Positions 38,138 through 48,608 of a stretch of DNA of 62,031 nt are shown piece after piece. Made by a program: the position numbers and the translations under genes. The DNA is from a virus (Duplodnaviria; Caudoviricetes): positions 1 through 62,031 of the IMG/VR virus record IMGVR_UViG_3300046170_000369. The stretch is one strand, 5' to 3'. The stretch's first letter is position 1. Each line of letters opens with the position of its first letter. The notes below the pieces were generated by a model. It ran no database searches, had not been told where the DNA came from, and saw nothing but the letters and a program-made list of their open reading frames with translations.

Positions 38138-41100
38138 TTACCCGTTGTTGGTTACATCGTCATCTAAGAGTAGTGAACCGTCTTCATTCTTTCCTAAGAC
38201 CTCGTAGTCCTTATCACCTATCCTGATATACTCCTTACCGTCCTCTGCACGGATTTCCTTGATTTCATCAAGAGGTGACTCCGATAAACTTACCTGCCCT
38301 ACAGATACTTGTCCCAAACTTACCTGCCCCAAGGATACTTGTGCTACCTCTTGTGGCTCAGGTTGTGGCTCCTCGACTGCTTGAGGCTCAGGTGCTTCCT
38401 CAGCTACTGGTTCTTCTAAAACCTCTTCTACGACAGGTTCTTCTGCCTTATCAGGTTCGGGGCTGCCGCCTTCTAGTGTTACTATTCTAGACTTTAAGTC
38501 TTCGATTATGGTTTGTTGTTCTTGGATGGCCTTTACTAAAGTAAGAGTAATCTTTGATTCACTTGGAATCGTTTTTAAATCTTCCTCTCCTTCGGAAACG
38601 CAATGTTCCCAGCCTTCCATTTTTTGCCTAGATACTAACTCTGGATAAACTTCTTCAAGCTCGTCAGCAATCAAACCTAGATCAGTAGGAGGCATATCTT
38701 TTTCAGTATTCCAATCCCATTTTCTAAGCTTTAAAGATTTTATTTTTTCGATACCATTGATGTCACAATCTTCGATATTCTTCTTCATACGAATATCGGA
38801 ACTACTAAAGAACTCTGGAGTTGATGGGTTAGCGCTACAGCGTATACCTCCCGTTGCAGTTCCATCTCCATCGTGAAAACCTATATATACACACTGCCCA
38901 GCTCCGTTCGGCACCGTTCTACCAGCGGCTATATGCAATCCTCTATCTTCTTGACCTCCTCCGCCTGCTCCAATCTTCATGGCGTAACCGCTTAGAGCAT
39001 TATCTGTAACAACAGTTAATTTACAATCTGGAGTCGTAAGACCAATACCGACGTTGCCTGCCTGAGTGATAATCATTCTTGCCTGATTAGCATTATCGTC
39101 AGCAAAGAAACCTAATTTTCCACCACCTCCAGCATTCCAATTATCCGCAGTTGTATGAATACCCCAAGTTCCTCCGTTAGTAGAAATATTTGACAATTTA
39201 AGTTGTCCTGAAGCTGATGTAGAACCATTCCCGTGCGCATCAATTATATGTAATTGCGCACTAGGACTCGTAGTACCAATACCTACTCGACCGTCGGAGT
39301 CGATGACTAAATCGTTAGATCCAGAACTACCATTACCAAGTCGCAGTTGTCCATTATTAGCATCAATAGTTCCGCTTCCTTCATTATTTGCAAGAGTAAC
39401 TCTAGCAGGGTGGCCAGCAGCACCATTTGTAATAGAAATTCCAAGATTATTTATATCTCCCGTTATATCTAATTTATCACTAGGACTCGTAGTACCAATA
39501 CCTACTTTGCCGTCAGCATTGATCATCATCTTGGTACTTAGAGTGTCATCAGGATTGTTTTCATTCGTCTCTAGATCGAAATTCATCACAGGATGTGTGT
39601 TCCCACGATCTGGTGCACCTGAGTAGTTGGAGTTTACTCTGATTCTAGCTGAATATGCTCTTGATCCTACATCAGTGTCCCATCCGCTTGCCTGAAATAA
39701 AATTGCTGGCGGGTCATTACTTTGATTTGCTGCGGCGGAATCAGGATTTATCAACCTCAACCCAGTTGTATTATTTGTTGAAATATCAAGTTTTGCACTA
39801 GGATTCGTAGTACCAATTCCGACATGGCCTCCGTTAAATAAAGCAGCGTATTGACCTCCAGCATTAGTGTCCAAGTTTACATCGAGTCCAATGATAGTGT
39901 CATTAAGGTGATTATTTCCATTAGTAGAGAAATCTCCAGAGTAACTTAGCTCATGCAACTTGTGTGTCATGAATTGCCCTGAACCTTCTGGGTGTGAACT
40001 TGACCTTGTGTATGCAGTTTTCTGCAATGTAAAACTACCATCTACATTGGTACTACCCATATCTTTAAGAACATGAAGATTAGCACTAGGACTCGTAGTA
40101 CCAATACCTACGTTGCCGTCGGAGTCGATGCGCATCTTCTCATCTCCTTTGATGTTTAGGCGGATGTCTGCACCTGATCCTCCTGAACTGTCTTCATCTG
40201 CACCTATATACAGGCCATCACCATTAGGGCGAATCATGTGATAATAACTCTGTGAATCAACCGATAACCGCAAGCCATCTAATCCTGTTGTGGAAAGATG
40301 AAGCTTAGAATCAGGACTCGTAGTACCAATACCGACATTGCCGTTGTAATATGCACCGCTGGTATTCTCTGCCCAGATTCCTCCGCCACCTAATTGATCA
40401 ACGGTAGCTAGATCAGCACCATTTAATTTAGCTGTTCCCTGTATATCTAAGGTAGCATTCGGACTCGTAGTACCAATACCTACATTGCCGTTTGCAGCGA
40501 TTCTCATTTTTTCGCTTGCTGTATAACCACTGCCATTTTCAGTGCCGAAGGATATGTATGCTTTTCTATTTCCCTCTATAGTATAAGCACCCTCTTTTCC
40601 TACGCCGATATATGCACTTGGACTACTAAAAGCATTTGAAGTTGTATCATCTCCGAATCGCCATTTTATTCTTTGCTCTATTCCTGTAGTTTGATTTGAA
40701 TGTTCCCATTTAAATGTTAAGGCATCTACATTAGTAGTACTACTACCATTCAATATTTCCAACTTAGCTTCAGGACTCGTAGTACCAATGCCCACGTTGC
40801 CGCCAGTTCTTTGAAGTAATAGGTCATCTCCTTTGTTACTAATTCTTACTCCATCATCAGTTGTGGTATCATCTGACATTTTAATATCCACATACGGATC
40901 AGTTGAAACCAGCCGTAAACTAGCATCATTTGTGCCTGAATTTATTTCCAACTTCGCACTAGGATTCGTAGTACCAATACCTACATTGCCGCCCAATGCA
41001 TTTAAGTAAGAATCACTATTGTCTCTAAGCAAGGTGTGATTTTGCCCAGTTGCGTCCGCTAGTTTAAAATATGCAGTACCGTCAGTTAAATGACCAATAT

Positions 41101-42268
41101 GAGCAGTTTGGTTACCAAGACTATTCTCAACAATAAGACCTTCTTGACCCAAGCTTGAAGCCTTGATGTGTAATGCTGCACTAGGATTCGTAGTACCAAT
41201 ACCTACGTTGCCGTTGTGTTTTAAATATAATGATTCATTAAGTTTTAAATCTGTATTAGTGCCGTTATTTATTGCTTCTATATAAGAAGATTGAGTAGAC
41301 GATCCTTGTGGAGACATTCGTAATTTAACATTACCGGATGTATTACCTTGCAAATTAATAAAAACTCCACCTCCAGATTGCGTAACGTCCAATTTACCAA
41401 CAGGACTCGTAGTACCAATACCGACTCGGTCTAAATCATCTTTATAAATAAAATTGCTACCTATCTTAACATCACCATTCTCATAAGCAGTGATGATTGA
41501 ATTAGTGTGAGTCTTATCTACTACCCAAAAAGCCATTGCATTCTCAGCATCATCATTTGCTTTAACATGCAGTGTAGCACTAGGAGTCACAGTACCAATA
41601 CCTACGTTGCCGTTGGTGTCGATGGTCATCCTCGTTGTGTTTACAGTACCATTTTCAAAATGAAGATTTTCTGAATCGTCAGTTCTTATTCTCGCAAGAT
41701 TACCATCAGTGTTCTTGAATATCATATTTGGGCCGATGGTAGTTGAATTTGCTTCCAAAACAATTTGATCAACTACTGTCGATAATATATGTAGAGGTTT
41801 TGTAGGATTCGTAGTACCAATACCTACTCGGCCAGAGCTATCTATACGCATACGCTCTGATCCACCCGCGTACTGCACAAGATCATTAGCATCAGAGCCA
41901 ATCCGAACCTGTAGATCGTTGGTGGTTGTGTCAGCGTCTTTAAATACAATCATTGATCCGCTTGTAGACGCTGTTTCAAACTTACCCGCCAATACAGAAC
42001 CAGAGCCACCCGATACATGAAGCAATCTGTCTGGAGTCGCAGTACCAATACCTACATTGCCACTACCATCTACTGAGATGGCTGCACTCGATCCTCCAAT
42101 AGTATCAACTAGTGCATTAACCTTGTTCATAAGGTTCGCAAAGTTGTCATCTAAGTCTTCGTGAGTTAAAGGAGATGTCTCTAATGAGCGTATCTTAATC
42201 AAGTCAATATCGTCTGCGGAAACTTGATATGGTGTGGAATAAGGTATGGTCAGGTTCGTAATGCTCAT
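38138..42268 (-). CDS. Tail fibre with GNVGIGT repeats and C-terminal peptidase S74 intramolecular chaperone
   Basis: More than ten G[NRKH]VGIGT.P repeats; SSDIRMKKNI...LGLIADELEEVYPELV. Confidence 0.9.
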   Translation of the reverse strand: MSITNLTIPYSTPYQVSADDIDLIKIRSLETSPLTHEDLDDNFANLMNKVNALVDTIGGSSAAISVDGSGNVGIGTATPDRLLHVSGGSGSVLAGKFETASTSGSMIVFKDADTTTNDLQVRIGSDANDLVQYAGGSERMRIDSSGRVGIGTTNPTKPLHILSTVVDQIVLEANSTTIGPNMIFKNTDGNLARIRTDDSENLHFENGTVNTTRMTIDTNGNVGIGTVTPSATLHVKANDDAENAMAFWVVDKTHTNSIITAYENGDVKIGSNFIYKDDLDRVGIGTTSPVGKLDVTQSGGGVFINLQGNTSGNVKLRMSPQGSSTQSSYIEAINNGTNTDLKLNESLYLKHNGNVGIGTTNPSAALHIKASSLGQEGLIVENSLGNQTAHIGHLTDGTAYFKLADATGQNHTLLRDNSDSYLNALGGNVGIGTTNPSAKLEINSGTNDASLRLVSTDPYVDIKMSDDTTTDDGVRISNKGDDLLLQRTGGNVGIGTTSPEAKLEILNGSSTTNVDALTFKWEHSNQTTGIEQRIKWRFGDDTTSNAFSSPSAYIGVGKEGAYTIEGNRKAYISFGTENGSGYTASEKMRIAANGNVGIGTTSPNATLDIQGTAKLNGADLATVDQLGGGGIWAENTSGAYYNGNVGIGTTSPDSKLHLSTTGLDGLRLSVDSQSYYHMIRPNGDGLYIGADEDSSGGSGADIRLNIKGDEKMRIDSDGNVGIGTTSPSANLHVLKDMGSTNVDGSFTLQKTAYTRSSSHPEGSGQFMTHKLHELSYSGDFSTNGNNHLNDTIIGLDVNLDTNAGGQYAALFNGGHVGIGTTNPSAKLDISTNNTTGLRLINPDSAAANQSNDPPAILFQASGWDTDVGSRAYSARIRVNSNYSGAPDRGNTHPVMNFDLETNENNPDDTLSTKMMINADGKVGIGTTSPSDKLDITGDINNLGISITNGAAGHPARVTLANNEGSGTIDANNGQLRLGNGSSGSNDLVIDSDGRVGIGTTSPSAQLHIIDAHGNGSTSASGQLKLSNISTNGGTWGIHTTADNWNAGGGGKLGFFADDNANQARMIITQAGNVGIGLTTPDCKLTVVTDNALSGYAMKIGAGGGGQEDRGLHIAAGRTVPNGAGQCVYIGFHDGDGTATGGIRCSANPSTPEFFSSSDIRMKKNIEDCDINGIEKIKSLKLRKWDWNTEKDMPPTDLGLIADELEEVYPELVSRQKMEGWEHCVSEGEEDLKTIPSESKITLTLVKAIQEQQTIIEDLKSRIVTLEGGSPEPDKAEEPVVEEVLEEPVAEEAPEPQAVEEPQPEPQEVAQVSLGQVSLGQVSVGQVSLSESPLDEIKEIRAEDGKEYIRIGDKDYEVLGKNEDGSLLLDDDVTNNG

Positions 42269-42313
42269 GATATCTAATTTATTAGGTTACAGCAATTTCG
42301 TCAAGTTCTGAGG

Positions 42314-44503
42314 TTATAATAAAGCTGGTATAAGTTTAGTGTTTTTGGATACGCCATCTAACTTGGTATTGTTGTTCATGGCAGTGTCGATTTGGGGTGA
42401 AATATATTGTACTAGTTCTCCAGTGTCTTGCACCATTGGCTGATCGCCACTTTGCGCAAATAAAACACTAGTGCCATCATCTCTAAAGATTCTTGCTCCT
42501 GTAATGACAAGAGGAATACTTCCTGTATTCTGTAATTTTATGTCAGCATTATCAGTATTGATTCGGTAGTTCATGGCATCAATGGCAGTGATTGCATTGA
42601 ACCATTTTTCAATACCTGTGGTAGTAGTAGACTGGTAGACCGCAAACGCATACAACTCTCTGGAATCTGCGAATCCATCACCATCAGAAATATCTATCTG
42701 AACATTAGGATAGTCTGCACTGAGAGTAGTAATAGTGCTTCCATCGATTCCATTGTCATTGTAAACAGTGTCTGCTTGTTGGTCTGCCTTAAAACTGATA
42801 CCCACGCTGGTTGCGATACCGAATGCTTCGTAAGGAAGGAATGCAGATGTCCCTGCTTGGCAAGTGATACGCAGACGGATGTTATCGCCAACACTCACTT
42901 CCTGTCCTGTGTAAGTGCCAGAGGATGCCACCTTATTCCCTGCCGTTCCTGCAACTACAAGATTTTCCACCTCTAGGTTTTTGGTCATGTTGTAAAGTTG
43001 CAGAGTTGCAGATGCTTCTACATTAGTGACCTCCCAAGGAAGAACAGCAGTGTCCTTAAATGTTCCTATTACTTCTGCGTTATTTAAAAGTGTGGCAGAA
43101 CCACTTGTAAGAATATTGCCAGTAAAAGTAGTGGCTTTAATTGTTAGAGTATTACCGCTAATCGCAAATGTAGAAGCTGCACTTGCGTCCACCACCACAT
43201 CATAAGAGCCTGCGTCAATGGTGTCCCCATCTCTTGACACTAATGGTGATGCTTCTCCTGCATAATTATCAACAAGGTAAGATTTTGCTATGTCGTAGAA
43301 TTTCTGCGGAGTGTCTATTAAAGTATACCCATCTACAGTAGCCTTAGATGCTTCAGATACTACCTGATCTGGAGTCATTTTAATTGTGCTTTGCAAAGTA
43401 TCGAGTCCAACTAAACCTTCGGCAAAATCAGTAATAGTTTGGTTGTATGCAATTATAGAAAATGGAACCTCTGAATTGGAGTTGGTACGAGAATCAGTAG
43501 TAATGGTTTTATTGATGTAATTAATTACCTCGACCAAAACATCTTCGTCCAAATTGCCAGTCTGGTTGACTCCACTGTAGATCTTATCAGATCTATCATC
43601 TTGGCTTTTTGGCCCTAATGCTCTGTTGCCACTATCTAAATCTTTAGCGTAATAGGAATAGGTTAATTCGTTACCATCTAAATCTTCGACTACTAAACTT
43701 ATAGGTCTGACGCATTTGAGATACATGAAATTATTTCTGCCGGCATCAAGTGCGACTCGCAATCTATCAGAAAACCCTTTGATGGTAATTGTCTCTCCAC
43801 TTGATTGAGTTCTAGTAACATTAATTATGTCGAAGTCATGTAAGTTTGGGCCTGTGTCGAAGTTCTCAAAAGTCAGTGGTGGGAATGGTGAATTATAACT
43901 CTGGAATCCTCCTTTTTTAAATTTAAAGATTCCGACATTCCATCCGCTTTTTGTGAAGACCCTAGACTCCAAAGTCTCTCCATCGAAAGTTAAATTGTAA
44001 ATATTTATTTTTGCGTCACTTGTCGAGTTAGTGGACTCAATCCTGAACTGAGATGTGTTCGTGTTTGATGATCCCTGCTTTGCAAGGTTGTAGAAAATCC
44101 CACTATTGACTGTGACTGTTGCCCCATTTGCAGTACGCAAAGTTGCAGTAGTACGAATTATTCCACCATTCCATAAGAATGTAGAATTGCTACCAAACGA
44201 AATCCCAAAGGTATTATACATTTGCCCAGTCAAATTCTCATTGGGTAGATCAATTCCTACTCCGACAGAGTATTTATTTTTTCCATTTGCTGTAGTTTTG
44301 ACACCTAAGTTCAATGTGCCTGTCACTGTAAGTGGGTGTCCACTACCTGCGTTGATCGCTTGCTTCATCACTTGCAAGGTCTCATATGCAGGATCAATAC
44401 TAAGTGTTCCTTGAATCTCTAAAAAATGAGTTGAGGCAATAGTATAAGTAGTGTGATTTCCGCGAACTGTAGTAGTCACTCCTGTCACTCCATCCAATTC
44501 CAC
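42314..44503 (-). CDS. Putative tail/virion structural protein (true start probably 44561, frameshift near 44500)
   Basis: 729 aa, T/S/G/N-rich and beta-like; upstream MSFSEASNKITQTG in another frame. Confidence 0.7.
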   Translation of the reverse strand: MELDGVTGVTTTVRGNHTTYTIASTHFLEIQGTLSIDPAYETLQVMKQAINAGSGHPLTVTGTLNLGVKTTANGKNKYSVGVGIDLPNENLTGQMYNTFGISFGSNSTFLWNGGIIRTTATLRTANGATVTVNSGIFYNLAKQGSSNTNTSQFRIESTNSTSDAKINIYNLTFDGETLESRVFTKSGWNVGIFKFKKGGFQSYNSPFPPLTFENFDTGPNLHDFDIINVTRTQSSGETITIKGFSDRLRVALDAGRNNFMYLKCVRPISLVVEDLDGNELTYSYYAKDLDSGNRALGPKSQDDRSDKIYSGVNQTGNLDEDVLVEVINYINKTITTDSRTNSNSEVPFSIIAYNQTITDFAEGLVGLDTLQSTIKMTPDQVVSEASKATVDGYTLIDTPQKFYDIAKSYLVDNYAGEASPLVSRDGDTIDAGSYDVVVDASAASTFAISGNTLTIKATTFTGNILTSGSATLLNNAEVIGTFKDTAVLPWEVTNVEASATLQLYNMTKNLEVENLVVAGTAGNKVASSGTYTGQEVSVGDNIRLRITCQAGTSAFLPYEAFGIATSVGISFKADQQADTVYNDNGIDGSTITTLSADYPNVQIDISDGDGFADSRELYAFAVYQSTTTTGIEKWFNAITAIDAMNYRINTDNADIKLQNTGSIPLVITGARIFRDDGTSVLFAQSGDQPMVQDTGELVQYISPQIDTAMNNNTKLDGVSKNTKLIPALL

Positions 44504-44557
44504 TAAGGTCAGTGTCAGTCCCTGTTTGCGTAATCTTGTTACTTGCTTCAGAAAAAC

Positions 44558-44866
44558 TCATGCGTAGTCCTTAGTAATCGACTCTAAGTTTCCATCAGAG
44601 TCATAGGCTAATGTCTGTGTCAGCTCAGTTACACTAGACCCATCTGCTACTACTATCTGCGTCAATAACCCGTTAGTGTAGGTAAACGCTTTGGTCTGCA
44701 AAAGGTTGGACTTACTAGATGTAGACCAAGTCGTAATCTGACTCACGACTCCATTGGTGTAAGTAGTCTCCGAGTAGCTATCTTCTGACTCTAAAGCAGA
44801 AATGCGGGAAGATAGGGAGTCAACTTCCGTCCCTACCTTCCCGCCAATTTGCTCAAATATTGTCAC
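44558..44866 (-). CDS. Small tail-associated protein
   Basis: YTNG repeats; N-terminus similar to the neighbouring gene (IFEQIG/IFQLIG). Confidence 0.7.
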   Translation of the reverse strand: MTIFEQIGGKVGTEVDSLSSRISALESEDSYSETTYTNGVVSQITTWSTSSKSNLLQTKAFTYTNGLLTQIVVADGSSVTELTQTLAYDSDGNLESITKDYA

Positions 44867-45651
44867 TAGGCATTATTAAATCCTGTGAGGAAATCTTGGT
44901 AATCACCAAGTTCAGTGCCATCGACTTCGAGTGATCCTACACCTAAGGTTGCTAGGGCTGCACTTGAATCAGTTGAGGATATATCGGATGAGGCTGCTGT
45001 AGCACTAGTAGTAAGTGCCTTAAATTGGTCATCACCTTCATCCCAAATGAAAGCTGCATTATTTTCAGAAGAACCACGCTCAACGATAAAGCCACCGTCA
45101 TTGGATGCATTTGTGGAATTACCAGCTCCTGAGCTTACATTCAAAATGCTATCCTTAATGGTGACATTTGTTGTATCAACTGTAGTTGTTGTTCCCTGCA
45201 CGGTAAGATTTCCGCTAAGGGTCAAGTCAGCAGCAGATAGGTTTCCGCTGAAAGAAGCACTATTACCATCAGCAGCTAAAGAACCAGCTTGGGTTTGAAG
45301 ATTGCTAATGTCAGTGTCATTAGAAGCGATATTATCTGCGTTGGTCTTTACTTGGGTATCTAAAGCATTATCAGCAGCCTGTAATGTGGCTACAGAAGCA
45401 ATGTAGTTTGCCGAGCCATTAGCTGTATAAGAACCATCTGTACCAAGTCCTGCACCTGCCTGAGTAGCATCAAGCTCTGTCTGTAGACCTGAGGTAAGCC
45501 CATCAGCGTATGCTTTAGTAGCAGCGTGTAAATTTGAGGTTGGTGCTCCAGAAAGAGTCAAAGCACCCGTAAGGGTTCCTCCTGTAAGATTAAGCTTCTT
45601 ATCAAGCTCTGTTTTTGTTTTAGCACCTATTAATTGGAATATACTAGACAT
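44866..45651 (-). CDS. Tail fibre-like protein
   Basis: GGTLTGALTLSGAPTSNLHAATKAYAD and GNLTVQGTTTTV motifs. Confidence 0.75.
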   Translation of the reverse strand: MSSIFQLIGAKTKTELDKKLNLTGGTLTGALTLSGAPTSNLHAATKAYADGLTSGLQTELDATQAGAGLGTDGSYTANGSANYIASVATLQAADNALDTQVKTNADNIASNDTDISNLQTQAGSLAADGNSASFSGNLSAADLTLSGNLTVQGTTTTVDTTNVTIKDSILNVSSGAGNSTNASNDGGFIVERGSSENNAAFIWDEGDDQFKALTTSATAASSDISSTDSSAALATLGVGSLEVDGTELGDYQDFLTGFNNA

Positions 45652-45720
45652 AATTATTTATTTGGGTTGGGAGTTAGTGTTACCTAATATTTTAGATAAA
45701 GTCTTGGGGTTTTGCAATTA

Positions 45721-45924
45721 TTATCCTAGGTCAAGATTTAACGATCTTTCCACATCTTCCGCACAATACCTTATTACTCTTGAATTAATTTTTTGTAATC
45801 TCCATTCGTAACGCCTTGCCCATGCACGGACTGTCTTACCAGAAACTTCCATTTTCTCCTGTATCGTCCTAGACGAGACATATCTTTGACATTTCTTAGG
45901 ATATTCCATCTTCAAAGTCTTCAT
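45721..45924 (-). CDS. Small helix-turn-helix (excisionase/MerR-like) protein
   Basis: VSGKTVRAWARR...RVIRYCAEDV pattern. Confidence 0.65.
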   Translation of the reverse strand: MKTLKMEYPKKCQRYVSSRTIQEKMEVSGKTVRAWARRYEWRLQKINSRVIRYCAEDVERSLNLDLG

Positions 45925-46336
45925 ATACTTCTAGTGCTGCTGGTGCTGTTGAATATTGTGTAGTATCACCACCTACTGAGTCTTCAAAGTCATCATAGTA
46001 AGCTAGGTTTTGCTGTGGTATAGTGGTTGAATCTACCGTATTTCCATCAAGACCAAATAAAAAGTCACTATAGTAGCTAGTTTCCATTGCATCATTTTCA
46101 TAAAATGCAGCAACCGAACCATCAATATCGTAAGACTGCAGCCCTATACCTAGCCCACTTAAGAAATCACCATAAGCACTATTCGACTCTTCATCCGCCT
46201 CTAGCGTAATTTGTGCTGTTCTCATGACTCGTTCACGCAAACGAGCAAGCGACATTTGAAGGCTTACTGGATTATCAGTATTAAAGCCAGCATCCACGCT
46301 GTATGGAGCGTGTTTAGCTTTTCTTCTCCTAGGCAC
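45896..46336 (-). CDS. Hypothetical acidic virion-associated protein
   Basis: 146 aa with Y.DF repeats. Confidence 0.6.
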   Translation of the reverse strand: MPRRRKAKHAPYSVDAGFNTDNPVSLQMSLARLRERVMRTAQITLEADEESNSAYGDFLSGLGIGLQSYDIDGSVAAFYENDAMETSYYSDFLFGLDGNTVDSTTIPQQNLAYYDDFEDSVGGDTTQYSTAPAALEVYEDFEDGIS

Positions 46337-48608
46337 TTACTTCGTGAGCTTGATGAGTGTGCCTTGTTCTTACACCTGACACCTCAAAGGTTCTACCAAG
46401 AATTTTAAAACCATTATCCCGCCCTCTTAGCTCAATAGTATCCTGATAATAATTACCCTGTGCAAAAAGTGGAACCATTGTTTCAGTATCTAAGGAATCA
46501 AGTACTTCATTAATTTCCTCATCACCATCATCTACCCCTGTACTATATGTTTTGATTGAAACGGTAGCACTAAGGTCTTTTGTAAACTCTTCATCCACAT
46601 ATCCTTCGCGAGTGTAGGTGGTATAATCATATCTGTCAGATAAATGCAGGGCATAGGATCGTAACATTTTTTCAGAGAACTTATCTCCAAAATCATTCTT
46701 ACCATACTTAATTCTAGATATGTAATCCGCACCATCCCTACGAAATGACCTGTATGGCTGAGTGTTCCCAAAGATGTTTTCAACTGCGGGTCCATAGGAA
46801 TATCTCATGATCTTAGAACCTGCAGATGTAAATTCCTTATCTTCTTCCCTAAGCAACTCACTGTCTGTGTACATGTCAGACTCATTTTCTACCACATGTG
46901 TCGATAAAATGAACCATCGTGAACTTATTTTGGTAGTAGGAAATAAATTACAAGCAGAGGTCATTGCTGTATCGACCTGGGAAAGTGTTCCATATATCAT
47001 ATCATAACCAATAACACCCCAGTCAAGCTTCATGCCTGTTGAGTCATCTAGCTTAATTCCAACTGGTGCTATAACAAATATTTCCTGAGTCAGGTTATTT
47101 TCGCATGACCAGCAATATTCTATTTCGTCTCTAGTAATATTTCGCCAAAACTCTGGCCCCATCATAAAGGGCTGAAAAGGTGTAGGTTCTACATTTGCAG
47201 GTGTAACAATAAATACACCGTTAAAACCGACAAACATTTGCCTCTGTTCATCGATTGTAATTATCGTGTTCCTGAAATCAGCAACTCGTTCTCCTCGATA
47301 TTTTTCCTCAAAGAAATATGCACTTTGTGAATTACCTCGAGAAATTGCCAAATAACCAGTCTGTCTATACACAAGAAGCTTATCTGCCAGTTTTACCATT
47401 TTAAGTATTTGAGAACCATCTTCTGGAAAACTTAGCCCGTCTGCTGATTCCTTTTGGATTTGTGCGTCTGCAGAAAAAGTATCTGGCTCTTTCAATAGAA
47501 TTAGTTCTACAGGCTCCCCAACTTCTGGAGTGCTCGTCGATGTTTGGTCATCCCCTGAAGCTGTAAGTGAGCCTGCATTTGTCGCTGTTGCCGAAAGTGA
47601 TATTTTTGTTTCACCTCCCACTATCGACAAAGAAGATACTACGCCATCATATACCACGTAATTTGGAGACGGTTGACCAGGTGTCGTATTGATAGACATC
47701 CTTATTGAATCACCAAGCTTTATTGTACCCGCCTCTATTGATGAATTTGAGTGATACGGGTTAAGACTATTAGTTCCGCTTTCTATCCCCCCTAGCTTAT
47801 ATGGTAGTTTTATTTCTGTTAATGTAGAACCAGTCATTCCTGACACTTCCCCGCTATATACCTGCCCAAAAAGGTATGGACTTGCTTTTGCTACACCAAT
47901 GTTATCTGCGAGCCTCCATGCTGAATACTCTATTGAGTGTGGAGAGTTATAAGTAGGTGTGCTGAAGCTCTCATTCTCTGGCAAGCCGTATGGGTGTGAA
48001 GCATTCTGCATCCATTCCCTGAATGCATCAGAGTTTGACTCTTCATCAATGTATGTCACGTCGCCTAACCATAATCTGCCATCGTACTCAGTAATTGTAC
48101 CACACCTAATAATACCCCTTTCCCTTATGCCATAAATAGGATAAGCACATGACCATCCGTTTCTATAAATAAGCGGGAGGTCAGCACCATTATTCAGAAT
48201 ACAGAATCCGTCGATACTGACAGCCTCCCATCTTCGTGGCTGAACCACATGACTTGAACTATCTAAGTACTGCAACCCTTGAGCAATAATCTCCCAGCTT
48301 TCCGTGGACTCATTTAGTCTATAGATTTTACTGCCAGAGGCAGCAATCAATACCTGCTTCTCACCTGAAAGAAACTGATACACAAGCCTGACAGGGTCAT
48401 TTGTCCCAAGATTATCAATGTAGCTATTTAACTTTAATTTTTCCCAACCTTCTCGGCGAACTTCCCCGTCTGTCTCTCTGCGAAAATTTACCTTCTCCAC
48501 ATAATTACTAGCACCTGCAGTATCACCAGAATTACTGCCTGTAATTAACTGACCACCCTCTGTTGCCATAACAGAGAAATGACGATAATTTAGTGACTTC
48601 TTTGCCAT
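46329..48608 (-). CDS. Putative tail nozzle/packaged-DNA stabilisation protein
   Basis: 759 aa, beta-propeller-like pattern; position after the adaptor. Confidence 0.6.
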   Translation of the reverse strand: MAKKSLNYRHFSVMATEGGQLITGSNSGDTAGASNYVEKVNFRRETDGEVRREGWEKLKLNSYIDNLGTNDPVRLVYQFLSGEKQVLIAASGSKIYRLNESTESWEIIAQGLQYLDSSSHVVQPRRWEAVSIDGFCILNNGADLPLIYRNGWSCAYPIYGIRERGIIRCGTITEYDGRLWLGDVTYIDEESNSDAFREWMQNASHPYGLPENESFSTPTYNSPHSIEYSAWRLADNIGVAKASPYLFGQVYSGEVSGMTGSTLTEIKLPYKLGGIESGTNSLNPYHSNSSIEAGTIKLGDSIRMSINTTPGQPSPNYVVYDGVVSSLSIVGGETKISLSATATNAGSLTASGDDQTSTSTPEVGEPVELILLKEPDTFSADAQIQKESADGLSFPEDGSQILKMVKLADKLLVYRQTGYLAISRGNSQSAYFFEEKYRGERVADFRNTIITIDEQRQMFVGFNGVFIVTPANVEPTPFQPFMMGPEFWRNITRDEIEYCWSCENNLTQEIFVIAPVGIKLDDSTGMKLDWGVIGYDMIYGTLSQVDTAMTSACNLFPTTKISSRWFILSTHVVENESDMYTDSELLREEDKEFTSAGSKIMRYSYGPAVENIFGNTQPYRSFRRDGADYISRIKYGKNDFGDKFSEKMLRSYALHLSDRYDYTTYTREGYVDEEFTKDLSATVSIKTYSTGVDDGDEEINEVLDSLDTETMVPLFAQGNYYQDTIELRGRDNGFKILGRTFEVSGVRTRHTHQAHEVSA

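Noticed and set aside
42268-45701. Invertible tail cassette bounded by inverted 21-bp sites
   Set aside because: The sites are copies of a palindromic motif found at many gene starts, and all enclosed genes face the same way with no alternative C-termini.
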